Program-made: the position numbers and the translations under genes
DNA from: Gemmata obscuriglobus
Lineage (GTDB): Bacteria > Planctomycetota > Planctomycetia > Gemmatales > Gemmataceae
Length of the DNA stretch: 32,000 nt
Assembly: GCF_008065095.1 (NCBI RefSeq)
Contig: NZ_CP042911.1
Span: 7,620,001-7,652,000, forward strand
Reading direction: 5' to 3'
The notes under the pieces: generated by a model
The model's database searches: none
What the model was told of the DNA's origin: nothing
What the model saw: the letters and a program-made list of their open reading frames with translations, nothing else
Shown: positions 8,158 through 15,211 of the stretch, in pieces
Position numbering within the stretch: position 1 is the first letter of the stretch
Layout of the letters: each line of letters opens with the position of its first letter

Positions 8158-9686
8158 GACGCCACCGCCTCTCTGGCGGCCTTGTTCGCCGCCCGCTTCG
8201 CCGCCCGAGACTTCTTCTCCGCGACCCGCACCTCGAGCTCGGTGCGGAGCCGATTGCGGAGCGACAGCGCCAGCTCGGGCAGCACCAGGCCGGGGGTGCC
8301 GTAGATCCCGCACGCCGCCGCGATCTCCTCCCCCTTGCCCTCGGCCCGGTCGCGGACCTCCGGCCACGACAGGTCGAGCTGGTGCATGAGCGCGAGCAGC
8401 TCCGCGACATCGGCCCCCGGAGCGGGCGGCGCGGTGAACCGGCGGCCGAACGCCGGGGCGGGTTTCGGGGCAGGGTCAGTCGTTAGGGTCGTGGGTTTGG
8501 CCACTGCCGTCGTCGAGTTCAGCGGGGCGTTCGGGGTGGCCGCCGTCGTAGTAGGCGTCCTCGTCGCCCCCGTGGTAGGGTCCGAGCGATCCTCACCCTC
8601 CACGTCGTCGGTCGCGGCCGGCAGGGGTGCGGGCGCCGGCACCGGCCCGGGAGGGGGCGGCGGGGGCGGGCTCGCCGGCGGCGGCGGGGGCGGGGCGTCG
8701 GGCTGGTTCCCGAGCCACGCGGCGTACAGCGCGACGTGCTCCGCGGACACGCTGGCGAAGTCCGGCTTCGCCTCGAGGTGGGTGGTGCCGAACGACTTGT
8801 CGATCCAGCTCAGCGCGTTGCGCCACGTCTTGCCCTTGCGGGTCAGCAGCGCCGAGAACTCCTCCTTCGACCACTTCCGGGCGGTCACGCCCCGGGCCTT
8901 GGCCTTGCGGTACTCGGCGTCGAACGCCCGGTACAGCGCCACCGCGTTCGGCGCGCTGGTGACCTCGTCGGGCAGCCCGTACCGGTTCCCGGCCACGATC
9001 GCCGCGGACGGCTGGACCCGCAGGTACCGCTCCTCCTTGTACGCCTTATCGTCCTTGTTCACCTGCACCCGCAGCCCGTAGAACCCGATCACGTCGGCCC
9101 ACTTGTGGGTCAGCCCCCAGAGCCGCTCGTACCCCTCCGGCTTCCACTGCTCGTAGTCCTTGCCGGTCGGGTTGTTGAACTGCTTGGCCTTCGAGTGGTA
9201 CAGCAGCACCACCGCCATCCGGCGCCGCACCCGCACCTGGTCGAGCAGGTTCAGGAAGCCGGCCCAGACCGGGGCGCACCGCCGCTCCCCGCGGCCGAAC
9301 GAGTTGAACTCGCCCCAGTTGCCGAGGAACTCGGTGTCCGTGTCGCACACGTGCTGGGCGAGCAGGTTCTCGGCCCCGTTACCCGTGTCGACCAGCAGCG
9401 TGCGGTAGTCGTGCGGCTCGTTGATGACGGCCCGCACGGCGTCGGTCAGGTCGTCCCACTTCAGGAACCCGGTCGGGTTCTCCTCGGACGACGGGAGGTG
9501 CGCGGTCGGCCCCACCTGGCCCGATTCGATGAGGGTGAGCAGCCCGGTCTCACCGGCGGTCATCAGGAACAGCGGGTTCTCCCACTGCGCGCCGAAGCTG
9601 GTTTTGCCCGCCTTCTCGGGGGCGTACATGACGAACCGGGGCGGCAGGTTCGGCGCGGTCGTGGTGACGGACGAGAGGATACCCAT
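8154..9686 (-). CDS. AAA_24 / Sak4-like RecA-fold ATPase with long Pro-rich C-terminal extension (510 aa)
   Basis: Track ORF 8154..9722. ATG at 9686 is preferred because GAGG lies 7 nt upstream. Walker A-like YAPEKAGKTSF. Poly-Pro linker PPPPPPASPPPPPPPGPVPAPAPLP followed by a further ~170 aa. Confidence 0.75.
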   Translation of the reverse strand: MGILSSVTTTAPNLPPRFVMYAPEKAGKTSFGAQWENPLFLMTAGETGLLTLIESGQVGPTAHLPSSEENPTGFLKWDDLTDAVRAVINEPHDYRTLLVDTGNGAENLLAQHVCDTDTEFLGNWGEFNSFGRGERRCAPVWAGFLNLLDQVRVRRRMAVVLLYHSKAKQFNNPTGKDYEQWKPEGYERLWGLTHKWADVIGFYGLRVQVNKDDKAYKEERYLRVQPSAAIVAGNRYGLPDEVTSAPNAVALYRAFDAEYRKAKARGVTARKWSKEEFSALLTRKGKTWRNALSWIDKSFGTTHLEAKPDFASVSAEHVALYAAWLGNQPDAPPPPPPASPPPPPPPGPVPAPAPLPAATDDVEGEDRSDPTTGATRTPTTTAATPNAPLNSTTAVAKPTTLTTDPAPKPAPAFGRRFTAPPAPGADVAELLALMHQLDLSWPEVRDRAEGKGEEIAAACGIYGTPGLVLPELALSLRNRLRTELEVRVAEKKSRAAKRAANKAAREAVAS

Positions 9687-9726
9687 GACAGGGCCTCGGG
9701 ACGTGGACACGAACGGACACACACAG

Positions 9727-9798
9727 TCGCGGGGGCAGGGATCGAACCTGCGACCTGCGGGTTATGAGCCCGCCGAGCTGCCACTGCTCCACCCCGCG
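9727..9798 (-). tRNA. tRNA-Met (CAT), initiator-like, embedded in the prophage operon
   Basis: Manual cloverleaf: CGCGGGG TG GAGC AGTGGCA GCTC G GCGGG CTCATAA CCCGC AGGTC GCAGG TTCGATC CCTGC CCCCGCG A. It has A11:U24 and three G:C pairs closing the anticodon stem. No CCA; trailer is CTG. Confidence 0.85.
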
Positions 9799-9833
9799 GA
9801 ACCGAGCGGATACGCCCCGCCCGGCCGAACCGG

Positions 9834-10124
9834 TCACGTCCGCGCTTCGATCTGCTTCACCTTGGCGAGCACCAGGTCGAGGCCGGTGGTGTCGCCGGTG
9901 ACCGCGGCCCGGAGCGTCTCGCTCAGCAGGAACGCGCTCACCCGGGCCTGCTTCGCCAGCAGCAGGCACTGCGGGCACCGGCACGCCTCGAGCGCGGCCG
10001 TCCGGGCGTGCATCACGTTCGCGCTGGTGGCGACCAGCGCCAGGAACGCCGGCTCGGCGGTCGAGCGGTTCTGAGGGTGCGGGCTGCTCTCCGGTTGGGG
10101 TGCGTCGGCGTTCGGCATCACCAT
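9834..10124 (-). CDS. hypothetical phage protein (96 aa)
   Basis: Internal ATG of track ORF 9834..10637 (MVMPNADAPQPESS...EACRCPQCLLLAKQ...). The upstream part of that ORF is off-frame-like. Confidence 0.5.
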   Translation of the reverse strand: MVMPNADAPQPESSPHPQNRSTAEPAFLALVATSANVMHARTAALEACRCPQCLLLAKQARVSAFLLSETLRAAVTGDTTGLDLVLAKVKQIEART

Positions 10125-10159
10125 GAGGCTCTCCGTCTGGCGGTTGAAGGGGAACGGGG

Positions 10160-10540
10160 TCAGGCGGACGCGAGCTGCGCGTCGTCCGGGGCCGGGACGA
10201 ACGGGAGGGGTTCGGTCTCGGAGACCAAGTCCCCTTCGGTCGGATCGAACACGTAGCCGCCGCCGCGCAGGAGCGGCACGTACGGGCCGTCGTACCGGGC
10301 CTCGTCGTCCGGCTCCCACACCCGCAGCCGCGACAGGCCCCGCCCCTCGCGGGCCGCCTGCAGCTCCTCGGCCCGGTACCGGCGGCGCTCGTCGGCCGGG
10401 CGGTGGGGCGGCGGGCCGGCGGGCGCGAGGATCTCCGCCCGCTGCTCCGGGGTGCACTGCGAGAGGATCGCGCGCCCCACGTCCACGAGGTCGCCCTCGG
10501 CCAGGGGGTGCGTGTCGGACGAGTCGGTGTACAGTTGCAC
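10160..10540 (-). CDS. hypothetical phage protein (126 aa)
   Basis: Track ORF 10160..10540 (MQLYTDSSDTHPLAEGDLVDVGRAILSQCTPEQRAEIL...). Balanced composition, unlike the overlapping frames. Confidence 0.6.
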   Translation of the reverse strand: MQLYTDSSDTHPLAEGDLVDVGRAILSQCTPEQRAEILAPAGPPPHRPADERRRYRAEELQAAREGRGLSRLRVWEPDDEARYDGPYVPLLRGGGYVFDPTEGDLVSETEPLPFVPAPDDAQLASA

Positions 10541-10753
10541 GAGGCGTGCTCCGGTGAGCGGCCGGTCCGTGCCGCGAAGGTTGAAGAAAGCTCCCGTTCT
10601 GCGCCCCGCAACGCTCCGTGCGGGCGGGGCGCACCAACCACGAGCAGGCAGCGCCGACCCGGCGCTTCGAGGTGCCGCGAATCAGGTGGCGGCATCACCC
10701 TCCCGACGCCCGCCGTCCGTGGCGGGAGCTCCAGCGCCCGGCGGGCGCGTGTC

Positions 10754-10999
10754 TCAGTTCTGGTTCGTTCCCCACAGGTGCTGCTGCACCTGGGCGGCCT
10801 GGGTCTCCAGTTCCTTCAGCCGCGCGTTCTGGTCGCGGAGCTGCCGGTGCGCCCGCTCCAGGTGCGGCACCAGGTCGCTCGCCCGGCGCTCGGCGCGGTG
10901 GTCGGACCACGCGGCCCAGACCCACAGCGCGAGCCGCACGTCGATCAGCGCGCCGCCGGCGATCGCCAGCACCAGCACGGCCACCAGCAGCGTGTTCAC
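10754..10999 (-). CDS. small membrane-anchored coiled-coil protein (81 aa)
   Basis: GTG at 10999 with GGAGG 7 nt upstream. VNTLLVAVLVLAIAGGALIDVRLALWVWAAW is a TM helix, followed by a heptad-like segment LERAHRQLRDQNARLKELETQAAQVQ. Confidence 0.5.
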   Translation of the reverse strand: MNTLLVAVLVLAIAGGALIDVRLALWVWAAWSDHRAERRASDLVPHLERAHRQLRDQNARLKELETQAAQVQQHLWGTNQN

Positions 11000-11223
11000 G
11001 ACCGCGCCTCCTGGACCCGCTCGGCCTCGCGCTGCGCCGTCTGCTCCGTCTCGATCCCGCGCACCGCCACCTGGAGTTCGCCCAGGAGCAGCCGGGCCTC
11101 GTCGAGCGTCAGCCACCCGATCCCCTGCCCGGTCTCCATCCGCGTCAGCCGGACGACCGCGCCCGGGGTGCGACTGGGGCGCCCAGGGGCGCCGCGGTCC
11201 GCTCTCACTCGCCCGAGTGCCAT
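10996..11223 (-). CDS. hypothetical phage protein (75 aa)
   Basis: ATG at 11223 preceded by AAGGAGA 7 nt upstream. MALGRVRADRG...GWLTLDEARLLLGELQVAVRGIETEQ. Its stop overlaps the next GTG (GTGA). Confidence 0.5.
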   Translation of the reverse strand: MALGRVRADRGAPGRPSRTPGAVVRLTRMETGQGIGWLTLDEARLLLGELQVAVRGIETEQTAQREAERVQEARS

Positions 11224-11438
11224 CGCCGCTCTCCTTAGTGGTTCGTGAACGAACCGGGCCGGGGCCGCCGCCTGCGGGTGGAGGGTGCGGCGACCGACGC
11301 CGTGGAGCACCCGCAGTTGGCACCTCGCTCCCAGCTCGGGGCGCGTCCGTTCGCGCACCCCGGCCCGGTGTGTCTGGCCCGCCGGGGGAGTCACGGCCGG
11401 TCGCCCAACGCGGCGGACTCGACCCCGGACGGGTGCTC

Positions 11439-11768
11439 TCAGGGGTTTCGTGGTTTGCGTTTCTTCCGGGCCATGTGTTCGCGGGCGACATCCTCACCCA
11501 GGGCCAGCGCCGCGATCTCGTCCGGCAGGAAGTAGATCCGCTTGTTCGGCCCCCGCTGGCCGCTCGGCCGGATCACCGAACACAGGCCCATCGCCGCGTA
11601 CTTCCGGAGCGTGTTGCGGCAGACGCCCAGGGTCTCGCACGCTTGGCCCGAGGTCAGGCGTTTGGCGGTCGGCGCGGCGGTAGCGCGGGGAGCGGGCGAG
11701 AGCCGCGTGAGTGCGGCCTCGATCCGGTCCAGTCGCTCAATGACGGCATTGAAATCGGGCGAGGACAT
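11439..11768 (-). CDS. excisionase/AlpA-like helix-turn-helix DNA-binding protein
   Basis: Track ORF 11439..11768. LTSGQACETLGVCRNTLRKYAAMGL...RIYFLPDEI fits the HTH_17/excisionase pattern. Confidence 0.65.
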   Translation of the reverse strand: MSSPDFNAVIERLDRIEAALTRLSPAPRATAAPTAKRLTSGQACETLGVCRNTLRKYAAMGLCSVIRPSGQRGPNKRIYFLPDEIAALALGEDVAREHMARKKRKPRNP

Positions 11769-11771
11769 GGG

Positions 11772-12029
11772 TCACGCTCCCCCGCCGCTGTGTGCGATTT
11801 GCTCCGCCTCGTAGGCGGCCTTGATCGGCGCGACTGCGGGAACGCCGCCTCGCTTCCACGCTTCGAGTTCGGCAACTCGCAGGTAGATCGGGGGCCGCTT
11901 CTTGGCCGCGCCGAACTTGCCGCGGGTGAAAACCCCTTCGTGAACGAGGGCACAAAGCTGCTTGTAGTTGATGTCAAACAGCCTCGCCGCCTCGGGCGCC
12001 GGGAGCCAGGAAGCCACATTAGTTGGCAT
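11772..12029 (-). CDS. excisionase-family helix-turn-helix DNA-binding protein
   Basis: Track ORF 11772..12029. WLPAPEAARLFDINYKQLCALVHEGVF...PIYLRVAELEAW. AAGGAGAAGG RBS upstream. First gene of the leftward operon. Confidence 0.65.
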   Translation of the reverse strand: MPTNVASWLPAPEAARLFDINYKQLCALVHEGVFTRGKFGAAKKRPPIYLRVAELEAWKRGGVPAVAPIKAAYEAEQIAHSGGGA

Positions 12030-12060
12030 GCTTGTTACCCCTTCTCCTTTGCCACTAGTA

Positions 12061-12092
12061 GAAAAGTTAACTTTTCACCCCGGTAATGTCAA
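12061..12092 (-). promoter_or_regulatory. candidate leftward early promoter with overlapping 16-bp perfect palindromic operator
   Basis: Minus strand reads TTGACA (12092-12087), a 17-nt spacer, then TAACTT (12069-12064). The perfect palindrome GAAAAGTTAACTTTTC (12061-12076) overlaps the -10. Local GC is about 43%. Confidence 0.4.
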
Positions 12093-12112
12093 GCCATTCT
12101 GGGCGAAGAAAG

Positions 12113-12142
12113 TTGAAGTGTGGATGAGTGACCAATTAGATT
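12113..12142 (+). promoter_or_regulatory. candidate rightward promoter
   Basis: TTGAAG (12113-12118), an 18-nt spacer, then TAGATT (12137-12142), upstream of the GTG at 12161. Confidence 0.25.
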
Positions 12143-12160
12143 TGTTAACGGGGACGTGTC

Positions 12161-12463
12161 GTGCCTGAACTGTTGCTCAGGGAGCCGCCTGTGGCGAAAT
12201 CGCTTCAGCCACCGAAACCGGAAGACGAGAACAGCCCCTTAGCTGACGGTGGCGATGCCGAAGACCCGAAGTACACCGCGCACCTGAAGGTGCCGCTCGA
12301 GTTTATGGAGCGGCTCACCGAAATTGCTCACAAGATCAATAAGCGCCGTCGTCGGCAGGGGAGGAAGAAGCGAGCGCTCGGCTGGTTTGTGGTCACTCAC
12401 CTTGAGGGCTGGATGAACCGGGCTGAGGCGGAGCTTCAGATGGAAGAGGAGGAGGGCTCTTGA
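12161..12463 (+). CDS. putative ribbon-helix-helix (Arc/CopG-like) regulator (100 aa)
   Basis: Track ORF 12161..12463 (GTG start). AHLKVPLEFMERLTEIAHKINK resembles an RHH strand-helix. Divergent from the leftward operon. Confidence 0.45.
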   Translation: MPELLLREPPVAKSLQPPKPEDENSPLADGGDAEDPKYTAHLKVPLEFMERLTEIAHKINKRRRRQGRKKRALGWFVVTHLEGWMNRAEAELQMEEEEGS

Positions 12464-12629
12464 TCTTGATCGCCGTGCGGTAGTCGCACGACTCTTCCTC
12501 GCCCAACTCGCCGCTCCACGCCTCAAAGAGGATGAACCGGCAATCCGGTGAGACCTGCCTCGCGTACCGGGTTACGAATGCCCGGAACTGTTCTTCTGTG
12601 ATGTCCCCGTTGTTGTCCGAAACAGCCAC
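12393..12629 (-). CDS. hypothetical protein (78 aa), convergent with and overlapping the RHH gene
   Basis: GTG at 12629 with AAGGAG 8 nt upstream. VAVSDNNGDITEEQFRAFVTRYARQVSPDCRFILFEAWSGELGEEESCDY. The last ~24 codons lie antisense to 12161..12463 and look non-coding. Confidence 0.35.
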   Translation of the reverse strand: MAVSDNNGDITEEQFRAFVTRYARQVSPDCRFILFEAWSGELGEEESCDYRTAIKIKSPPPLPSEAPPQPGSSSPQGE

Positions 12630-12759
12630 GGTCCCACTCCTTTGGCCGACTCGACACCCGTTCACACGCGAACTGAACTCTAACCAACGATTCGCGCTCT
12701 GCCAACCGCCGTATGTGTTCCAAATGCTTTCGGAACACCCCGCTCAAAGGACACGCCCG

Positions 12760-13680
12760 ATGTTCGGACCGAACGCCAAGCCGCTTGACCTGTGCACCTG
12801 GTTCGTTCCCCACCTTGCGCGATCAATGGCTCTGTCAGGTTGCGACGAGATCGACGAGACCTACACGTGCGGCCCGTTCTCCATCACTTTCAAGGGGCGT
12901 AACGACGACATTGGGGCCGACCCGAGCTTGCCGCGAAAAGTCCGGCGAACATCGGATAAAGTGCAGGACGTGTACCGCGCGTTCGTGGCGATCTGGAACG
13001 ACCCGAACCGCCGGCCGGACCCGATCATGCCGAAGCCCATTCGGACCTGGCTGCTCGCCGAGTACGCTCGCGCAGAGCCGGACAAGACGCAGCGGAAAGA
13101 CGCCCCCCGGAGCAGTATTCAGCACGCGCTAAGCGATCTTCAGGAGCTTGGCATCATTCACCAGCACGGGGACGGCGGTTGGGTCATGGGTCCCCGGCCC
13201 GAGCCGAAACAGGGCACCATTACCGACGACGAGGGTGTTCCGAACGAAAACGGAACACATAGCCCACTTGAACAGGCGGCCACCATCACCCATGCTTCCC
13301 ACGTCGGCGGTGCGGATGTCGTGCCGCCGCGAACGGGAGCGCAGGACATGTTCGGTAAGCTGATCTGGGTGCCGGGCGAGAAGGACGACTTCGAGACGGG
13401 CGGGCTGGTGATCACCGACGACACCGGCACGAGTCACCTGGCCGAAGGGAAGCAAGAGCGGGTGCGGTACTCGGGCCGCACCGGACGGCCCGCGGCGCCC
13501 CTCGCGGTGCGGTGCGAACTGGTCACCGTCGACGACTCGGGGCGGCACAAGGTGGCGGTCGTCAAAATCAAGGGGCCGGAGGGCACCAAACAGATCCGCG
13601 TCCGCGTGCTGGGCGACTGGCAACTCGCGGGCCGCATGAGCGACCGCGAAGAGCCGGCCACACTCGCCGCGAGCAACTGA
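12760..13680 (+). CDS. hypothetical protein with winged-helix-like segment (306 aa), upstream of and overlapping the integrase start
   Basis: Internal ATG of track ORF 12532..13680 (MFGPNAKPLDLCTWF...); an alternative ATG is at 12724. IQHALSDLQELGIIHQHGDGGWVMG looks wHTH-like. Lower GC than its surroundings. Its TGA overlaps the integrase ATG. Confidence 0.6.
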   Translation: MFGPNAKPLDLCTWFVPHLARSMALSGCDEIDETYTCGPFSITFKGRNDDIGADPSLPRKVRRTSDKVQDVYRAFVAIWNDPNRRPDPIMPKPIRTWLLAEYARAEPDKTQRKDAPRSSIQHALSDLQELGIIHQHGDGGWVMGPRPEPKQGTITDDEGVPNENGTHSPLEQAATITHASHVGGADVVPPRTGAQDMFGKLIWVPGEKDDFETGGLVITDDTGTSHLAEGKQERVRYSGRTGRPAAPLAVRCELVTVDDSGRHKVAVVKIKGPEGTKQIRVRVLGDWQLAGRMSDREEPATLAASN

Positions 13681-14951
13681 TGGGGCGCGTTCACAGGAAG
13701 CAGTACACGAAGCCCATCCCCGCCGGGGCCGAGCGGGTCACGGTCAAGGGCGTGCCGTGCGTGCGCTGGCGCGGCAAGTCGAAGCAGTGGCAGGTGGGCG
13801 TCGTGCTGCCGGGCGGCCGGTGCCGCCTCGAATCGGCCAACTGGTACGTCACCTACTTCGACCACACCAAGGGCAAAGAGGTGACCGTTCCGGGATACGC
13901 CGACAAGGCGGCTTCAGAAGCGCTCCTCGCCCAGCTCGTCCGCACCAGCGCCCGCGTCGACGCGGGCCTGTTGCCCCCGGAAGCCGTCCGGCCCCGACTC
14001 TCGCTCACCGAACTCCTGGACCGCTGGCACCGCCACGTGAAGCACGGGGGCGCGTCGGACGAGGGCGCCCGCCGGCAGCGGCGGCACGCCCAGGCCGTGT
14101 GCGACGGGGTGAGCGCGGCCAAGCCGGCCGACCTGACGCCGTCGGCGGTCCTGGAGTGGATCGAGGCGCAGCGGGAGAGCGGCGGCCGATCGGGCGACGG
14201 CATCTCGGTCGGCACCGCCGCGAACTACATCGGCGCGGCCAAGTCCTTCACGCGCTGGTGCTGCGTCGTCGAGAAGTGCGAGCCGGTGGACCACCTGTCC
14301 GGACTCGAAAAGAGCGGCCCCGGGCCGGACGACCGTGTCCACGTCCGCCGATCGCTCTTGCCCGACGACCTGGACAAGCTCCTCGCGGCCGCCCGGGCGA
14401 GCACGGCGGAGGTGTACGGGCTCACCGGACCGGAGCGGCACGCGCTCTACCTCACGGCCTGCTCGACGGGGCTCCGCGCCTCGGAGCTGGCCCGCCTCAA
14501 GCCCGAGCACTTCGATTTGGTCGGCGCCACGGTTACCGTTCATCGGCCCGCGAAGACGAAGAAGCGAGCCACCGACGTGCTGCCGCTCGGCCCGGACGTC
14601 GTCGAGGCGCTCCGCCCGATCCTGGCCGCGGTGGGAAAGGGGACCGTCTGGCCGAACCGCGGCGCGGAGTCCCAGGCGTGGTGGCTGCTCGGCGCGCGGC
14701 TCATCCGCGCCGACCTGGTGGCCGCGGGCATTCCGCCGACCGCCCCGGACGGCCGGGTGTACGACTTCCACTCGCTCCGGGGCCAGTTCGCGACGGATCT
14801 GGACCGCGCTGGCGTCAGTCTGCCCCGCGCGCAAAAGCTGATGCGGCACTCGACGCCGGACCTCACCGCGAAGCACTACCACCGCCCGGAATCGGACGAG
14901 CTGGCCGCGGACGTGGCGAAGCTGCGCCGGGGCAAGCCGGCGGGCTCGTAG
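13680..14951 (+). CDS. int: tyrosine-type site-specific integrase
   Basis: Internal ATG of track ORF 13512..14951 (MGRVHRKQYTKPIP...). C-terminal catalytic signature ...HSLRGQFATDL...LMRHSTPDLTAKHY (HxxR...Y). Adjacent to a tRNA 3' end. Confidence 0.9.
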   Translation: MGRVHRKQYTKPIPAGAERVTVKGVPCVRWRGKSKQWQVGVVLPGGRCRLESANWYVTYFDHTKGKEVTVPGYADKAASEALLAQLVRTSARVDAGLLPPEAVRPRLSLTELLDRWHRHVKHGGASDEGARRQRRHAQAVCDGVSAAKPADLTPSAVLEWIEAQRESGGRSGDGISVGTAANYIGAAKSFTRWCCVVEKCEPVDHLSGLEKSGPGPDDRVHVRRSLLPDDLDKLLAAARASTAEVYGLTGPERHALYLTACSTGLRASELARLKPEHFDLVGATVTVHRPAKTKKRATDVLPLGPDVVEALRPILAAVGKGTVWPNRGAESQAWWLLGARLIRADLVAAGIPPTAPDGRVYDFHSLRGQFATDLDRAGVSLPRAQKLMRHSTPDLTAKHYHRPESDELAADVAKLRRGKPAGS

Positions 14952-15080
14952 CTTGCCGGCAAGCTTGCCGTCCGTTCGTGATTCCCGGTGCGTCTCAGTG
15001 AACAATCGGACATGCAAGCTGAAGGTGCGGAACTATGGTAATCCGCTTGATTTCGGTGCGAATCGCTTGGTTTTCAAGAG

Positions 15081-15152
15081 TGGGTCCGGTGGGAGTCGAA
15101 CCCACTTCCAAGGTGTTATGAGCACCCTGCTCGACCGTTGAGCTTCAGACCC
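15081..15152 (-). tRNA. tRNA-Met (CAT; elongator Met or lysidine-modified Ile2 cannot be distinguished by eye)
   Basis: Manual cloverleaf: GGGTCTG AA GCTC AACGGTC GAGC A GGGTG CTCATAA CACCT TGGAA GTGGG TTCGACT CCCAC CGGACCC A. No CCA; trailer is CTC. The 3' end faces the integrase. Confidence 0.85.
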
Positions 15153-15211
15153 GGTCACAGCATTCTAATGACTCGCGGCCGCGCGGGAACGGCAGTTCTC
15201 ACCGAACCCGC

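Larger units (their letters stand above)
1..15080. mobile_element. Integrated prophage-like element (right boundary at tRNA-Met 3' end; left boundary beyond window start)
   Basis: Tyrosine integrase (13680-14951) faces the 3' end of tRNA-Met (15081). Low-GC regulatory module at 12030-12760. One long minus-strand operon of phage replication/recombination genes with ATGA/GTGA start-stop overlaps. Confidence 0.7.

Noticed and set aside
9800-15080. Interpreting 9800-15080 (int, HTH genes, small ORFs) as a separate small satellite/integrative island next to a second element inserted at the tRNA at 9727
   Set aside because: Gene order (int, regulators, then the early replication operon on one strand) fits a single lambdoid-style prophage, and no att-like direct repeats are visible. 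It cannot be excluded without the sequence to the left.
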